This document shows positions 1 to 13,982 of a stretch of 64,000 nucleotides of DNA, piece by piece (the first letter of the stretch is position 1; each line of letters starts with the position of its first letter). The position numbers and the translations under genes are program-made. The notes beneath the pieces are model-generated. The model made no database searches. It had not been told where the DNA came from and saw only the letters and a program-made list of their open reading frames with translations. Origin of the DNA: Eledone cirrhosa (lineage: Eukaryota); NCBI GenBank assembly GCA_964016885.1, contig CAXHJY010001659.1, positions 3,257-67,256 of the forward strand. Direction: 5' to 3'.

Positions 1-1464
1 ACATGTCTATTGAGCACTCTTATTCGATATGTGTTATTCCACATTTTCCCGAATATTTTTTGCGGATATAAAGGTTATCTCCCTTGCTGAAATCCATGTG
101 CGTATTTTCAGCCTGGGTTTTGTCTTTTCATCCGTTCGGACTAAAGCTCGTTGAAGAAATAACTCCAGTCCCCCGTCGTTTGTAAGTCTTATATTTTTAT
201 GTGAGCTGATAGAGGACGGTTTAAGGATTTACAGAAACCCAAGAAGCTAGATATACCATCTCTCTAGTGGGTCCGGGTATGCTTTTTACATTCATTTGAT
301 TTATTGATTTATTGATAATTTATCTGAGTGTCCCGAATCTTCCATATCGCAATTTTTCGGTTGTTTGGTTGATTGTAGACATATTCTACGTGTGACGGTA
401 TTTTAACGATAGTTATAGCTCTGATTTATTTGAATTATAGAGCCCTCTGCCGCTCATCTCGAATTTTGTTTATCGTGAACTCGTGCGCCGATTTTTCGAT
501 ACTCGATTATTCTACTATATATATATATACATATTTATATATAATTATGACTAATGGCTCTAGGAAATCCATGAACGACACCACATCTTTTAACTTTGAT
601 TTTGAAAGTAGGTTTATAATTATTAATATTCATTAAGGTTTTGTTGCTGCCTCGGCGGAATAGTTGGATGATTCATAGGCGGTGGTGATGCAGGTCTGAA
701 GTTCGATCCTGGTCCGGAGTAGGGTTCCCGGTAAACCTTTTCAATTTTTTTCTATGGGATGTAAAATATAAACTGAAAAAGATTACATGTACCTCTTGAC
801 CAGGATTGAACCCAAGACCAGGACCTCCACCGTATTTAGTACCTACCGCTGTGCCACAGAGTCAACTACGAAAGTCTTATGAGAATTCATACTTATAAAC
901 CTACTTTCAAATTTTCAACACAAAATGATGTGGTGCCGTTCATGTCTTTCTTAATGTTATTGCTCCTACTTAAGGTCCACTTCTAAATAATTTGGGTGTT
1001 CCATAAACTTTCTTTCTCTTAAACTTCAGGTATTTTTTGAAAGTTAAGCATTGGTCCCTAAAATACTACAGTGAGCCCTGCAATGTTACGGCAACCTGGG
1101 TATCCGGCCAGTCAGCCACTGACCATAAATACAGCTCAGGATCAGAGTCCCAGAGTTGTAGGATTGAATATGAGAGAATCGGTATTTATCAATGGACAGT
1201 TATATGTAAGTTGTTCACGAGTGGGAACACTTAGAAATCTTCATGTACTATGCACGAACAGTATAACGAAAGATCTGGTGTAACTGGAATTTTGGAGTAT
1301 TGTTTCATGCCACACACACACACACACCACGGTCTCGCCTCATACTATAAACCAAACAATGCATCGAATACAGTTGTTTTCTCTTCTACCTGTCTTTTAT
1401 CTATTTACCTGCATGAAGCTGGGTGCCTCAGCTAGTATCTCTCTCTCTCCATCTTGTCAATATC

Positions 1465-1745
1465 GTGTAAGACAGAACAAAAGGGAGACACAAAATAAAA
1501 ACCATATTCACTGAGGAGATCACAGAATGTGTGACGAAAGAGCTTTGACAATATATAAACAACCACCCGGTTATCGAACCAACCAATCAACCAACCAGCC
1601 AACCAACCGGAAATTTATAATAAATTGAAGTGAAAACCACAGGTGTGTCTCTTTTTGTTGGCAGCATGGCCCTCCCAAAGTATAGCAATATCTGTTTCAA
1701 CACACGTTTTCAGATAAGAAATCTTGCAAAGCAAATTCAAAAATG
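1465..1745 (+). mobile_element. Solo PLE pLTR fragment with HHR
   Basis: Colinear with 50940-51261 and with the reverse complement of 13983-14310. Ends at (TA)n. Confidence 0.75.
1506..1550 (+). ncRNA. Minimal type-I hammerhead ribozyme motif
   Basis: TCA-CTGAGGA-gaTCACA..TGTGAc-GAAA-gagc-TT-TGA. Confidence 0.6.
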
Positions 1746-2010
1746 ATGTATATATATATATATATATTTTCCCCTACTATATCTAGCGTAAAACTAATGA
1801 TATATTTTTTCATTGTACTGTTTCGTTTGCTTTGTATTTCTGTTTGTCTTTTGTATATACTGTATATATATATATATGGTCGGGATTTTACATCTCTCTC
1901 TATATATATATATTTTGTCTGGTGATCCTGTGAGTACACAGGTCAAACTACAAAGTAACAAGAATCTACTTCGGTATTAAGTACACATTCTCAGTCCGTC
2001 AACTTTATAC

Positions 2011-2098
<88 letters not shown>

Positions 2099-2103
<5 letters not shown>

Positions 2104-3264
2104 AGAAAGTAAGTCCATAGAATCATTTGATAAAATCTATACAGTATTTCTCCTCCCAATCAGCATAATCAACCACATAAAAAAAATCAATTAAACGAGG
2201 CTATAAGTTTAAAATGTACCTATGAAGAAACAATAGTAAATAAATGATAGCTATTTTATCCGCCATCCACGGCCACAGATTTACCTAGTATTTCTAATAG
2301 CACGTAGAAATTGACTAGACATATAGCTAACCATACACAATTAGGTACAAAATCAAAGTTAGAAGAAAAATGTAGATACACGTACCAAAATTATGTTTCT
2401 AACCCCGAAGGTTTCATTTGCTTTTTGGAAATATCCGATCATGGATAAATCAACGAGTTTCGAAATCACCAGGAAACAAACTCAATTGGACAAAGATTTT
2501 TCTTAAATGATCCCCGCCAGAAACAAATTCAAAATGGCTAATAATTGTCACATGGCCAGTGGTCAAGTCAGAAAGCTTGTGATTGGTGCCTGACGGCGAG
2601 TAGGCTGGCTGCTAGAAAGCGCAGCCGAATACTGCCTAAAGTTTTACTCAACCTTACGGGAGTATATAAAATATAGAGGTTTACATATACATAAACTAGA
2701 CAGAGCCATATATATATATATATATATATGTTTTTGGCAACCATTCACGGTGTGGCTCAATGACGAATTAATTAATTAAATATTCAACAATCAGAGCAAT
2801 ATATAAGAAAGTAAATCTATAGAATCATTTGATAAAATATATACAGTATTTCTCCTCCCAATCAGCATAATTAACCGCACAAAAAATCAATTAAACGAGG
2901 CTATAAGTTTAAAATGTACCTTTGAAGAAACAATAGATAAATAAATGATAGCTATTTTATCCGCCATCCACAGCCACAGAAGATTTACCTAGTATTTATA
3001 ATAGCCCGTAGAAATTGACTAGACATATAGCTAACCATACACAATTAGGTACAAAATCAAAGTTAGAAGAAAAAAATGTACATAAACATACCAAAATTAT
3101 GTTTCTACCCCCTGAGATTTCATTCGCTTTTTGGAAATATCCGATCATGGATAAATCAACGAGTTTCGAAATCATCAGGAAACAAACTCAATTGGACAAA
3201 GATTTTTCTTAAATGATCCCCGCCAGAAACGAATTCAAAATGGCTAAGAATTGTCACATGGCCA
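2099..3264. repeat. Partial tandem repeat, period ~700 bp
   Basis: 2099-2557 is repeated at 2801-3264. Bounded by (TA)n. Confidence 0.9.
3156..3180 (-). ncRNA. Ultra-minimal HHR-like motif with essentially no stem II; mutated twin at 2450-2474
   Basis: TC-CTGATGA-tttc-GAAA-ctc-GTT-GA on the minus strand. Confidence 0.35.
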
Positions 3265-3886
3265 TATATATATAACGAAGGAAGTGTGGTAAGGAACCAG
3301 GTGGACCATAACGCACCATAGTACTTGATACTTAGGTTAGTAGAGTGGGTATTAGGAAAAGAGTCAGGAGCCCGACGGCTGAGCTCCGGCCGTTTCGACG
3401 CTCAACCGTCGGACTCCTGACTCTTCCCCCCCCACACACACATATACACACATATATCTATATATATCTATATATATATATCTCTCTCTCTATATATATT
3501 TACATGGTAAGTATTGGATTCGTTTTTTCATGCAAGAATTTAGTTCCTCTGTTTGGCTCCTACTTCTGGGCAACATCGTTTCCATATCGTTATAACATCA
3601 AGATAAATGTGTTGGTCAGTTTAAGTGCACGTGCATGTGTGTGTGTATGCATGTATAGTTGCAAGTATATACGGGTGTAGGTGTATGTATATAGGAAATG
3701 GATATAAAATCGGGAAAGACATAGAGCGAGGGAGGCGGTGTAAGTGACGGATGAGAGAGAGAGATATATATAGATAGAGAGAGGGGGAGAGAAAGGGTTA
3801 GTAGAAGGGGTAAGAAAATAATTGATAGAGTGAGAGAGAGAGGTAATTTAAGTGGCAGGTAAGGGAGAAGAGAGAAAGAGAAAGAC

Positions 3887-3948
<62 letters not shown>

Positions 3949-4465
3949 TGTGTGTGTGTAAGAGAGTGAGAGAAAGGGTAAGTATGAGGGGTAAGAAAAT
4001 AATTGATAGAGTGAGAGAGAGAGGTGGTTTAAGTGACAGGGAAGAGAGAAAGAGGCAGACAGCGATAAAGGACAAAAAAGGGATAAAGATATGAAAGAAA
4101 GCGAATTTGAAAACATTTCATATCTCATATAAGCTATATATGTAAGTGTATGTGTGTGCACGTGTTTGTGTGTATGCGTATGTCGTGTAGAAAGAGAAAG
4201 AAAGGAGAGAAAAGAGAGCTATGGACAGAGAGGGAAAAAGAAATGACAAAAATAAAGAATAAGGAGACTAGGAAAGGGGTGTCGTGTGAGGTTTATGTAA
4301 AAGGGGTTGTTCTAAGAAAGAAAGGAAGAAAGAAAGCAATTTGAAACGAAAGAATGAAGACGGAAAGAAGAAAAGAAGATACCGATTTTCAAATCATTTT
4401 ATTTCTGCAGTAACCCAAGGCTAGCCAGCATTGATTATATGACAAAACAATATAATAATTCAAAT

Positions 4466-4500
<35 letters not shown>

Positions 4501-4566
4501 CACATATATATATATGTATATACATATATATATATGTATATATATGTATGTATATATACATATATG

Positions 4567-4627
<61 letters not shown>

Positions 4628-4891
4628 GTGTGTGTGTATGTATATATGTATGTGTATATATATATATATATTTCATTACACACACACATATATGTATATG
4701 TGTGTGTTTTTTCTTATGTATTCGTATATTTTCTTTTTATATATGTTTTTTATATTTGAAACCTTCAAATGGCAAATTGATAGCTTGATGGTAGAGACAC
4801 GATTATATCAATAATGACAGATTTTCGATTTACATATATAGACATTTCACTTCAATTACCTCTCTGAGAGCTAACATCATACTATACAAAG

Positions 4892-4980
4892 TGGGCGGGG
4901 AAGGGCCTTCTGACGTCAAGTCCTGTCCATCGATGATGCACTGGGTTCGCGGTTAAATCATTGTTTTACTGGCCCACTAA
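4892..4980. promoter_or_regulatory. Candidate cis-regulatory island
   Basis: GC box GGGCGGGG, full CRE TGACGTCA, TAAATCA and TTTTACTGGCC within 90 bp of non-repeat DNA. Motif evidence only. Confidence 0.25.
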
Positions 4981-5051
4981 CCTACCTGCTTTCTCTGATA
5001 GTTCTCTGATGTCGAATTTCACTTCAGTTGTAAGTATTGTCGTTGTTATTG

Positions 5052-5760
5052 TTAACCCTTTCATTACCATATTTCTAATGAAGTACACAGCCCAGTATTT
5101 TCAAATCATTTAAAATACAATAAAGAATTTAGAGTGATTTAGTAAAATAATTAACTTTCTCATTATTAAGCTCATCTTTGGAGCATAATTTAAAAATATT
5201 TAAATATAAAATTATGATGGAAAGTTTGTAGCTAAATTGATACTTTCGTAATGATATTTCTAATGAAAGACACTGCCTCTGATTTTCTAATAATTTTCTT
5301 ATATAATCAAGAATGTGGACGTATTCAGTAATATAACTAACTTTCTCATTATGATGCTAGTGTTTGGATCATAACAAAGCTTCCTACATACAATTATGGT
5401 GAAAGTTATGAGATAAATATAAAGAATTTTCGTTACTATATTTTCAATGAAGAGGAAAGACTGTGATTTTCAACTAATAAGAAAATTATAAAGAATTTGT
5501 AGGCATTTAGTAATATAACTTCCCACAAAGCTCGTGTTTCGAACGTAACTTAACAACATTCTTCCATAAAATTATGTGGAAACGTTTTTCGATAAATATA
5601 AACACTGCAACCCTTTTCTGCTCTCCATATTTTTATGTAAGCCACCGACTACTATTTTCAAATTCTTCTGAAAATAATCAAGAATTTGGAAATATTTATT
5701 TAGTAAACTTCTATGGGAATCCATAGTTATTCCATATAAATTTTAATTTCAAATCCAAAG
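5052..5760. repeat. Four degenerate ~185-bp AT-rich tandem units (TTAACCCT-start, MITE-like); single copy at ~31811-32020
   Basis: Recurring ccatatttctaatgaa..tagtaatataact..aagct..tttggagcataa at ~5053, 5241, 5425 and 5610. Confidence 0.65.
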
Positions 5761-6307
5761 AATACAGCTAAACCGTTGTCGTGCTTCTGACTAAATCTAC
5801 GCTACTGATTACATCACACTGAGTTCCACAGAAGAAAAAGAAGAAGAATTAACTCCAACACTAGTACTCTATTCATCGAGCTCATTATTTATCGAATTTA
5901 AAAGCATGAAAGGCAAAGTTGACTACGATTGGATTTGAATTCAGAGCACTGAAAGCAGGAACAAATACTGCAAGGCATTTTATCCGACGTTTTAAAGACT
6001 CTGTCAAATCACTGCCTATGTAGCTTATAACTTAACCTTCCAGCTCCATCTCCACCTCTAATCATTGCGCTTGTTCCTCATATAACTCGTTTGCTTCTTA
6101 ACACCCTCAGAACAAAAACTTTTAGTGTTTACTCAGGTCTCCATACAACATGACAACAGACACTTATTGAATGTTTTTGAGGGAAATTAACCTCCAAGGA
6201 CATGAACAAGTTATAAAATAAGACGTTTTATGTGGTATATACATACATATATATATTATATACACACATATATACATATATATACATATATATACACATA
6301 TATACAT

Positions 6308-6390
<83 letters not shown>

Positions 6391-6429
6391 GAGATGTTTA
6401 TCGGCCAAGTTCCGTTTATGTATGTATAT

Positions 6430-6466
<37 letters not shown>

Positions 6467-7083
6467 AATATACATACATAAACGCATCTTGGCCGATAAA
6501 CATCTCTACATAATTTAATTAAATCTTGAAAAGTATCTCATCCTTGGCTAAAATATATGAGTGTCTTAACTTCTCGCCCTCTCTTGGGATAACCAGAAAC
6601 GTCGTGCCTAGATTGGTCAAAAGTGTGAAGGGAATTAAAAGCAAAGAAAAAAGAAGAGCATTGTATTAGTTACCAGTGGAAACACGCATATAGAGGTACG
6701 TTGTACTTAATCATAAGGTTTAACGGGAATATTTTAAAAAAGCGACAGTTTTTGCTGGGGAAAACAGCACCGGTAGAAAAAAAGTCACTCTTTATTTAAA
6801 TATAAAAAAAAAAAAAAAAAAGGTCACTTTTGGATTGAAAGATTTTTTCACTTTTGGCTAGGAAAATACGTCACAATTTTGACGAGGAAAAAATATTATT
6901 CAAATACCATAAAACAAAACGTAATTTATGTAACATAATGGGAACGTAACTATAAATCTATAAGAAAAACAATTTCCATTCATAACACTTACATTTCTAT
7001 TAGGTCTAGGTTAGGTTTACAAGGAAACCAATATATATATATATATAGATTCTAAACATTGGTACAGCTTTATATATATATAT

Positions 7084-7111
<28 letters not shown>

Positions 7112-7115
<4 letters not shown>

Positions 7116-7450
7116 AAGAAAAAGAGATGAAATCGAAAATGCAACTGGAGTCTTATTTTTTTTTAAAATATATATATTTATTTGGTTCCTTTACCGGTTT
7201 CGCAGTTCTTCTGCTTTACAAAAGGTGAGTTGAGATGGAGGGTCTGTGGTTTTTCTCACGTGAGAAAAACCACAGACCCTCCATCTCAACTCACCTTTTG
7301 AAAAGCAGAAGAACTGCGAAACCGGTAAAGGAACCAAATAAATATATATATTTAAAAAAAAAATAAGACTCCAGTTGCATTTTCGATTTCATCTCTTTTT
7401 CTTTATACTTTCACTCGTGTAGGACACCTCGGTTATTTTTCATTTTGTAA
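7112..7450 (+). repeat. Palindromic (fold-back) HHR-bearing repeat; single arm also at 14613-14815
   Basis: About 147-bp arms centred on 7259/7260 with no spacer. Confidence 0.9.
7294..7331 (+). ncRNA. Type-I HHR with U3-A8 core variant
   Basis: CCTT-TTGAAAA-GCAG aagaa CTGC-GAAA-CCG-GTA-AAGG. Palindromic stem III ACCGGT. Mutated mirror copies at 7188-7225(-) and ~14747-14784(-). Confidence 0.7.
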
Positions 7451-7462
7451 AAAAACCCTCAC

Positions 7463-8346
<884 letters not shown>

Positions 8347-8416
8347 CGGAAAAAGTAAACATCAAACAATCTTTTAAATAAAATAAAATACGATTTAAAT
8401 ATTTACCTCTTGTAGT

Positions 8417-8496
8417 GCCATGACCGACGGTTTCGCTTATCAAAAGATTGGAAATTCAGAGAATTTCCAATGGAAAGATATAGCTCTTCAGATAGC
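8417..8496 (-). ncRNA. Type-I HHR with extended stem II
   Basis: GCTAT-CTGAAGA-GC..(TTGGAAATTC/GAATTTCCAA)..GC-GAAA-CCgtcG-GTC-ATGGC. Confidence 0.8.
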
Positions 8497-8874
8497 TTTT
8501 CCAAATCTACTAGACATAAGTCCGTATAGATGTAAATATATCACCCACTGCCCAGTGAATGAATCAAGCCGTTAAAATGACCCACACACTTATTGGACCG
8601 TTAGAGAAAGCGGGAATTATAGACTCGCTGATATTTCATGCATGATACAGCATGATTCAGCATTTTTTTCTCTACATTAAGGAGAATTAGATAAATGATA
8701 TAGATATCCTAGTAGGTACTAGGTACCCACGGAAATATATATGGTGTCTATAATAGTGGTTGTTCTATGGAACTAATTTGAGATACCAGAACTGTAAATA
8801 TGAGCGGAACAAGTAAATATTAAACAATCTTTTAAATAAATTAAAATACGATTTAAATATTTACCTCTTCTAGC

Positions 8875-8954
8875 ATCATGACCGACGGTTTCGCTTATCA
8901 AAAGATTGGAAATTCAGAGAATTTCCAATGGAAAGATATAGCTCTTCAGATAGC
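8875..8954 (-). ncRNA. Second copy of the same HHR, 458 nt away
   Basis: Identical core and stems II/III. Stem I is weakened. Confidence 0.7.
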
Positions 8955-8986
8955 TTTTCCAAATCTACTAGACATAAGTCCGTATA

Positions 8987-9081
<95 letters not shown>

Positions 9082-9513
9082 TCTTGGTATGATTTCCAGA
9101 TATAAGATATGACTCTTTATTATTATCATTTTTTATATGAAATAATGATTGATCTTCCTTGTATCCCATGTCTGATTTAGCCTTAGAGAATAGAATAGCT
9201 ATGTGTGTATATATACACATTTATTACGTTTTAATATCTCTGTGGGTGCATTGGTTGTGTATACATATGGCTATTCTTTTAATATCCAATTGAGTTCTTA
9301 TACACGTGGTTAATACCTAACAGGTTTAAATGACCAGCGTGTATATTGTTTTATTTTAAGATGACCTCCCTTTACCCTTTTGGGGACAGCGTGTATTTTA
9401 TCTTTGGGAGGACTGCTGGATTATCTAATCTACCAGTCTCTTCTTAGCGCTGAGCGAGACCATGACCATTCTATTAATGTCGATATAATTCTTATATCGA
9501 TATTATTTGGGCA

Positions 9514-9637
9514 TCCACTGATGAGTTTATAAGAACCCGCTTGTGTATAAAAGTATGGATTATATACAAGTTTCTACATAACCTGGAAATTATTTATCCC
9601 AAATTGTAAAAATCTTATAACGAAACTGCTGTCTGGA
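9514..9637 (+). ncRNA. Type-I HHR with ~95-nt stem II domain
   Basis: TCCA-CTGATGA-GtTTATAAGA...TCTTATAAC-GAAA-Ctgct-GTC-TGGA. Confidence 0.8.
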
Positions 9638-9815
9638 AGGAAAGAGATATTTATTTAATAATGTCTCATATGAAATAATACAACCAGCTATCCACGAAAT
9701 ACTGATTAGTTAGCACCCCAAACACTAAATTGGGATAATACTTAGGTATATCCTAATGTTTGTTGAGTGAGATGGAGTTGGTCGGAGTATCGCTTAAGGC
9801 TTTCTCTGTTTATGT

Positions 9816-9877
<62 letters not shown>

Positions 9878-9878
<1 letters not shown>

Positions 9879-10068
9879 CGAAGGAAATGTGGTAAGGAAC
9901 CAGGTGGACCATAACGCACCAAAGTACTGAATACTTAGGGTAGTAGAGTGGGTAACAGGAACGAGTAGGACCCCGACGGCTGAGCTCAAGCCGTTTCGAC
10001 GGCTAATTCAGTCCAGAATTAGCCGTCGAAACGGCTGGAGCTCAGCCGTCGGGGTCCTACTCGTTCCT
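9878..10068 (-). repeat. Short fold-back repeat family; copies at 3274-3425, 14828-15000, 28311-28457, 40841-40978, 49904-50098
   Basis: Shared aacgaagg..gtggaccataacgcacc..gtagtagagtggg..ccgacggctgagctc sequence. Each copy ends in an inverted duplication and abuts (TA)n. Confidence 0.88.
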
Positions 10069-10094
10069 ATATATATATATATATATATATACAT

Positions 10095-10191
10095 ATATAC
10101 ACTATTTATTCTTGTCTCTGTCTGCGCATGCGTTTGAGTGTGTGAGTAATGTTTGGTGTGTGTCTTTATATGTGTTTGTTGTTATTGTACT

Positions 10192-10222
<31 letters not shown>

Positions 10223-10500
10223 TTATTTATTTATATTTCCCTTAAGTCAGTACTGTTGGTTTGGGTATGGTTGTTGTTGTTATGCCATTCGTTCTTTCTG
10301 TTCAACCTAGGTCTTCTCAGTTCTATCTCAGTTGCTTCTCTGATTGCCAACCTGTTGAGTCATTGCGTTGCTTAGATATTATTTTAATTTCTATGTTGTC
10401 TATATTACCGTCATACCTTTGTTTGCCGTATTCATATAGTACTGAACTGTATATTTGATTCGACACACGATTTCATATCAAAAACCTTGCAAAACAAATA
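10095..10500 (-). mobile_element. PLE GIY-YIG 3' fragment with an inverted terminal piece
   Basis: 10250-10445 is similar to 62025-62220. 10450-10500 is the pLTR terminus (cgacacacgatttcatatcaaaaacc) in the opposite orientation. Confidence 0.7.
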
Positions 10501-10541
10501 TATATATATATATGTATATTGTATAGTGTATGTATTGTATG

Positions 10542-10628
<87 letters not shown>

Positions 10629-10767
10629 GTATGTATATTGTATGTATATATATTGTATGTATGTATATTGTATGTATGTATATTGTATGTATATATATAT
10701 ATGTATGTATGTGTATATGTATGTATGTATATGTATATGTGTATATATGTATGTATATATATATGTA

Positions 10768-11341
10768 TTCCAGTACAACCTGTCCCATGGTCAGGTCGTT
10801 GGCGACTAAACTGGCAACCCCACCAAGGTTTCTTGGTGAGGAGGGTGACTTTGGACATCCTGCAGGACTAAAAACAAAACCTGTCAAAGGCAAAGGAGCT
10901 CTTAAGAGTCAATGTCCATCCAAAATCACCGGGAGAGATGACCCCTTAGCCTTTGTCAAGGCAGAATTCTAGGAGAAGGAAAACTCTGATATAACACCTG
11001 CAACCCTGATGGTATCCAATGATGTTGACTTGTTCTTCTTTTTGGTAAATATCATCTTGGTTATGAGAGTGGGACTGGCTTTGTGCAGTGCCTTTGCTCA
11101 CTATAAAAGCTTCACGGCACAGGCATTGCTTTATATCTGGAGATCTCTCTACATTTGTCCTCACATGGTACCATGGGCCCAGCACTATGTGTCAGTAATT
11201 GTCACAGGTGTAGTGTTTGTACCAGCGTTTTCAAGTCGCTGGCTGGACTAAAAAGTCACACTCGTTCAGCGCATCGGTAGGGGTTCTCCTACATGGATAT
11301 AAAGTAGTGGCCGTACTCGAAGACGAGTTGGCAGCCACCAT
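10768..11341. repeat. Copy of the ~630-bp dispersed repeat
   Basis: Reverse complement of 57817-58390. Lies in (TA)n/(TATG)n. Confidence 0.9.
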
Positions 11342-11825
11342 ATATATATATATATATGATGGCTGCCGTCTCGTTATCGTGTAAGGCCATTGCACGATAT
11401 ACCATTATTAATAATTATTAATTAATTCTATCGTGTAATGCCTGTGCATGAAGATATTTTTTAAAGTGAGGCAAGACCTTTCACTGCGCCAATCCCACTC
11501 TCTGAGCGACAGTAGCTATAACCAGAAAAGAAGAAAATATCAGCATCATCGGTAACTACTGAGCTGCAGGTTTCGGTGTTATCCCAGTTTCCTGAGTTGC
11601 CTTCTCCTAGAAGAATGCCCTGACAAAGGCTAGGGGTCCTTCACTTCGAGTGGTTTAACTGCGCGATCGGGTGTCCAGCCCGGCTTTTTCTATGTCCCCC
11701 CCGCGCATATACATACACATGCACCCATGTATATACACATATACATATGTACATGTGTATATATATATTTACACACTTTTGGATGGTCGTTGACTCTTAT
11801 GAGTTCTTCCGCCCTCCTTTGCATG

Positions 11826-11957
<132 letters not shown>

Positions 11958-12475
11958 CATATATTTACAGTAAACATGTTGACTAATCAGGGTTGCGTAT
12001 GCAACATACCGATCAGTGAATAATTAGATTTAAGCATATAACCTCATGTGTTTTCTTCCAAATATAATTTGTTAATCCAAATATAATTTGTGACAGAGTA
12101 TATGTACAATAAACTTAATGGCGAAGGACCGATATGGTATTTTCGCTACGAAGGTCCAGCAAAAACATCATATCGGTCCACTCCCTTGACATTAGCTTAA
12201 TTTGTATTGAGAACGTAATCTTATTACCTAAGATGCTGGTACGGGCGGGCGTAACTTAACATTTAATACAACACAACATTAGACCTCGTAACAGCACTGA
12301 GTGTTTCCAACGGCGCACCGCCTGTAATTGTAGTTACACACGTGACTAACACACACATGACTAACGCACACACACACACACAGACGCGCGCGCGCGCGCA
12401 CACACACACACTCACACCTGAGCACTGTACATACTAATTTCATTTTTATTATTATATTATATAATATAACATATA

Positions 12476-12662
12476 GGGTGGTGGACTGGCAGTATCGGTA
12501 GAGCGTCAGACACCATGCTTTGCAGTACAGTTATGGCCATTTGCGTTCTGAGTTCAAATCCCGCCGAGGTTAACTTTGCCTTTCATCCTTACGAGGTCGA
12601 TAAAATAAAGTACCAGTGGTGCACTGGGGTAATCGCTGGCCTTGTGCCAAAAGTAGAAACTA
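12476..12662 (+). mobile_element. tRNA-derived SINE (same family also at 33643-33830, ~32150-32290, ~35835-35960, ~36470-36620 on +; 59141-59330, ~24230-24370, ~5870-6016, ~15320-15420 on -)
   Basis: A box TGGCAGTATCGG, B box GAGTTCAAATC, conserved body. Confidence 0.85.
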
Positions 12663-12699
12663 TTATTATATAATATATAAAAATACGTGATGGTGATAT

Positions 12700-13250
12700 A
12701 TGATGGCGATGACTTCAATATGAAGATAGCTAAAGGTTGGATCTCTTTCGTCTATTCTGCGTGCGTGCACGCTGGTGACTGATGTGGCGGATCGAAGAGT
12801 GGCAAGTCCGTCCACAGCAGTAGCAGCGACATGTCTCTGTTGTGCATGGCTCCACCCTGACACACCCTTTCAGCTGGGCTCTCCTCTCCTTTAGGCTGAA
12901 ACGATGATTTGCCTAAGATGCGCTGGTAGCCGGCCAAATGATACGGTGCCAAGCATTGCGGTCAGCAGCCTGGGTGGTCCACTAGTGGGGGTCAATGTTA
13001 CATATTTTGAAGGTCCTTTTTAGATTGTCTTTCTACCGCTTCTTGGGCGCACTACTGTTTCTACAGCCAGACAATCTTTCTCCGTAGAGTATAAACTTTG
13101 GGAGGCGATGCTCCACCACTTTCGAATCATGCCCCTCCCAGCGAAGCTGTATCTTCATAAGAGTGGCCTAAATAATGGTGGTCTGGGCTTTCTCTAGGAC
13201 CTCTGTGTTGGTGACATTGTCACTTCAGTTAATGTTTAATATGGTACACA
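12700..13250 (-). mobile_element. Decayed 3' fragment of an RTE-clade LINE
   Basis: Minus strand reads VTNTEVLEKA..QLRWEGH..RLPKFILYGE..PKKR*KDNLK..AADRNAW, the typical RTE/BovB ORF C-terminus, with stops. Confidence 0.8.
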
Positions 13251-13982
13251 CTAGAACGACTACACACATACCCAACACGCCAGCCGCTGTTACTTTTTAT
13301 ACAAGTCAGCTCTCTCGCACATAACCTACAACAACAGCCCTGTAACCTCACTATCCTCTAACACGCCTTACAACCTTCATACTCTCACAGGTTTATACTG
13401 ACAAATACACACACATACACAAGCACACGAGAATGAGAATTCAACACGATGCTTATCTCCCGTTTAATATTCTTAAATATATGACCTGCACTTTGCGAAA
13501 GTGGCTAACTACACACGAGTTTTCCTCTTGAAAAATCACAGCCCCCATTTCTTTCTTTTCTTGCTGTCATCTTTCTATTTCTACTCTCTCTTATTCCGTT
13601 CCGATGAAGCCTTAGCGTCCGAAAAGTTATGATTCTTTTTCTACTATATCAAGTATCAAACTAATATATATCATCATTGTACAGTATTGTCCTCCCGTGC
13701 TGCATTTGCTTGTTGGATTTTCAGATGCATCGGTTGTTAGTTGTCACGACACTGCATCCTTCAAAACCTCTATGCTTACAGAAATTCGCCAACACTACAT
13801 CTGATATTCCCCTTCCATACACACGCACGCATGTATTTGTGTGTATATCATGACTCATACACTGTTTATTTTCCTGACATTTGTACATTATTCTATGTAC
13901 TACACTTGCACCTTTGATGAGTTGTAGAGCTCCTGAGCACAGTACACAATAATATCATTATTATAATATATATATATATATA

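Larger units (their letters stand above)
8341..8992 (-). mobile_element. Retrozyme-like 1.4-mer, period 458 bp, with two HHRs
   Basis: 8341-8534 is repeated at 8799-8992, and each repeat holds an HHR. (TA)n on both sides. Confidence 0.75.

Noticed and set aside
11009-11251. 80-aa hydrophobic ORF repeated four times (MVSNDVDLFF...)
   Set aside because: It recurs only because the young repeat is near-identical. An overlapping antisense ORF is equally preserved, and no domain is recognisable.
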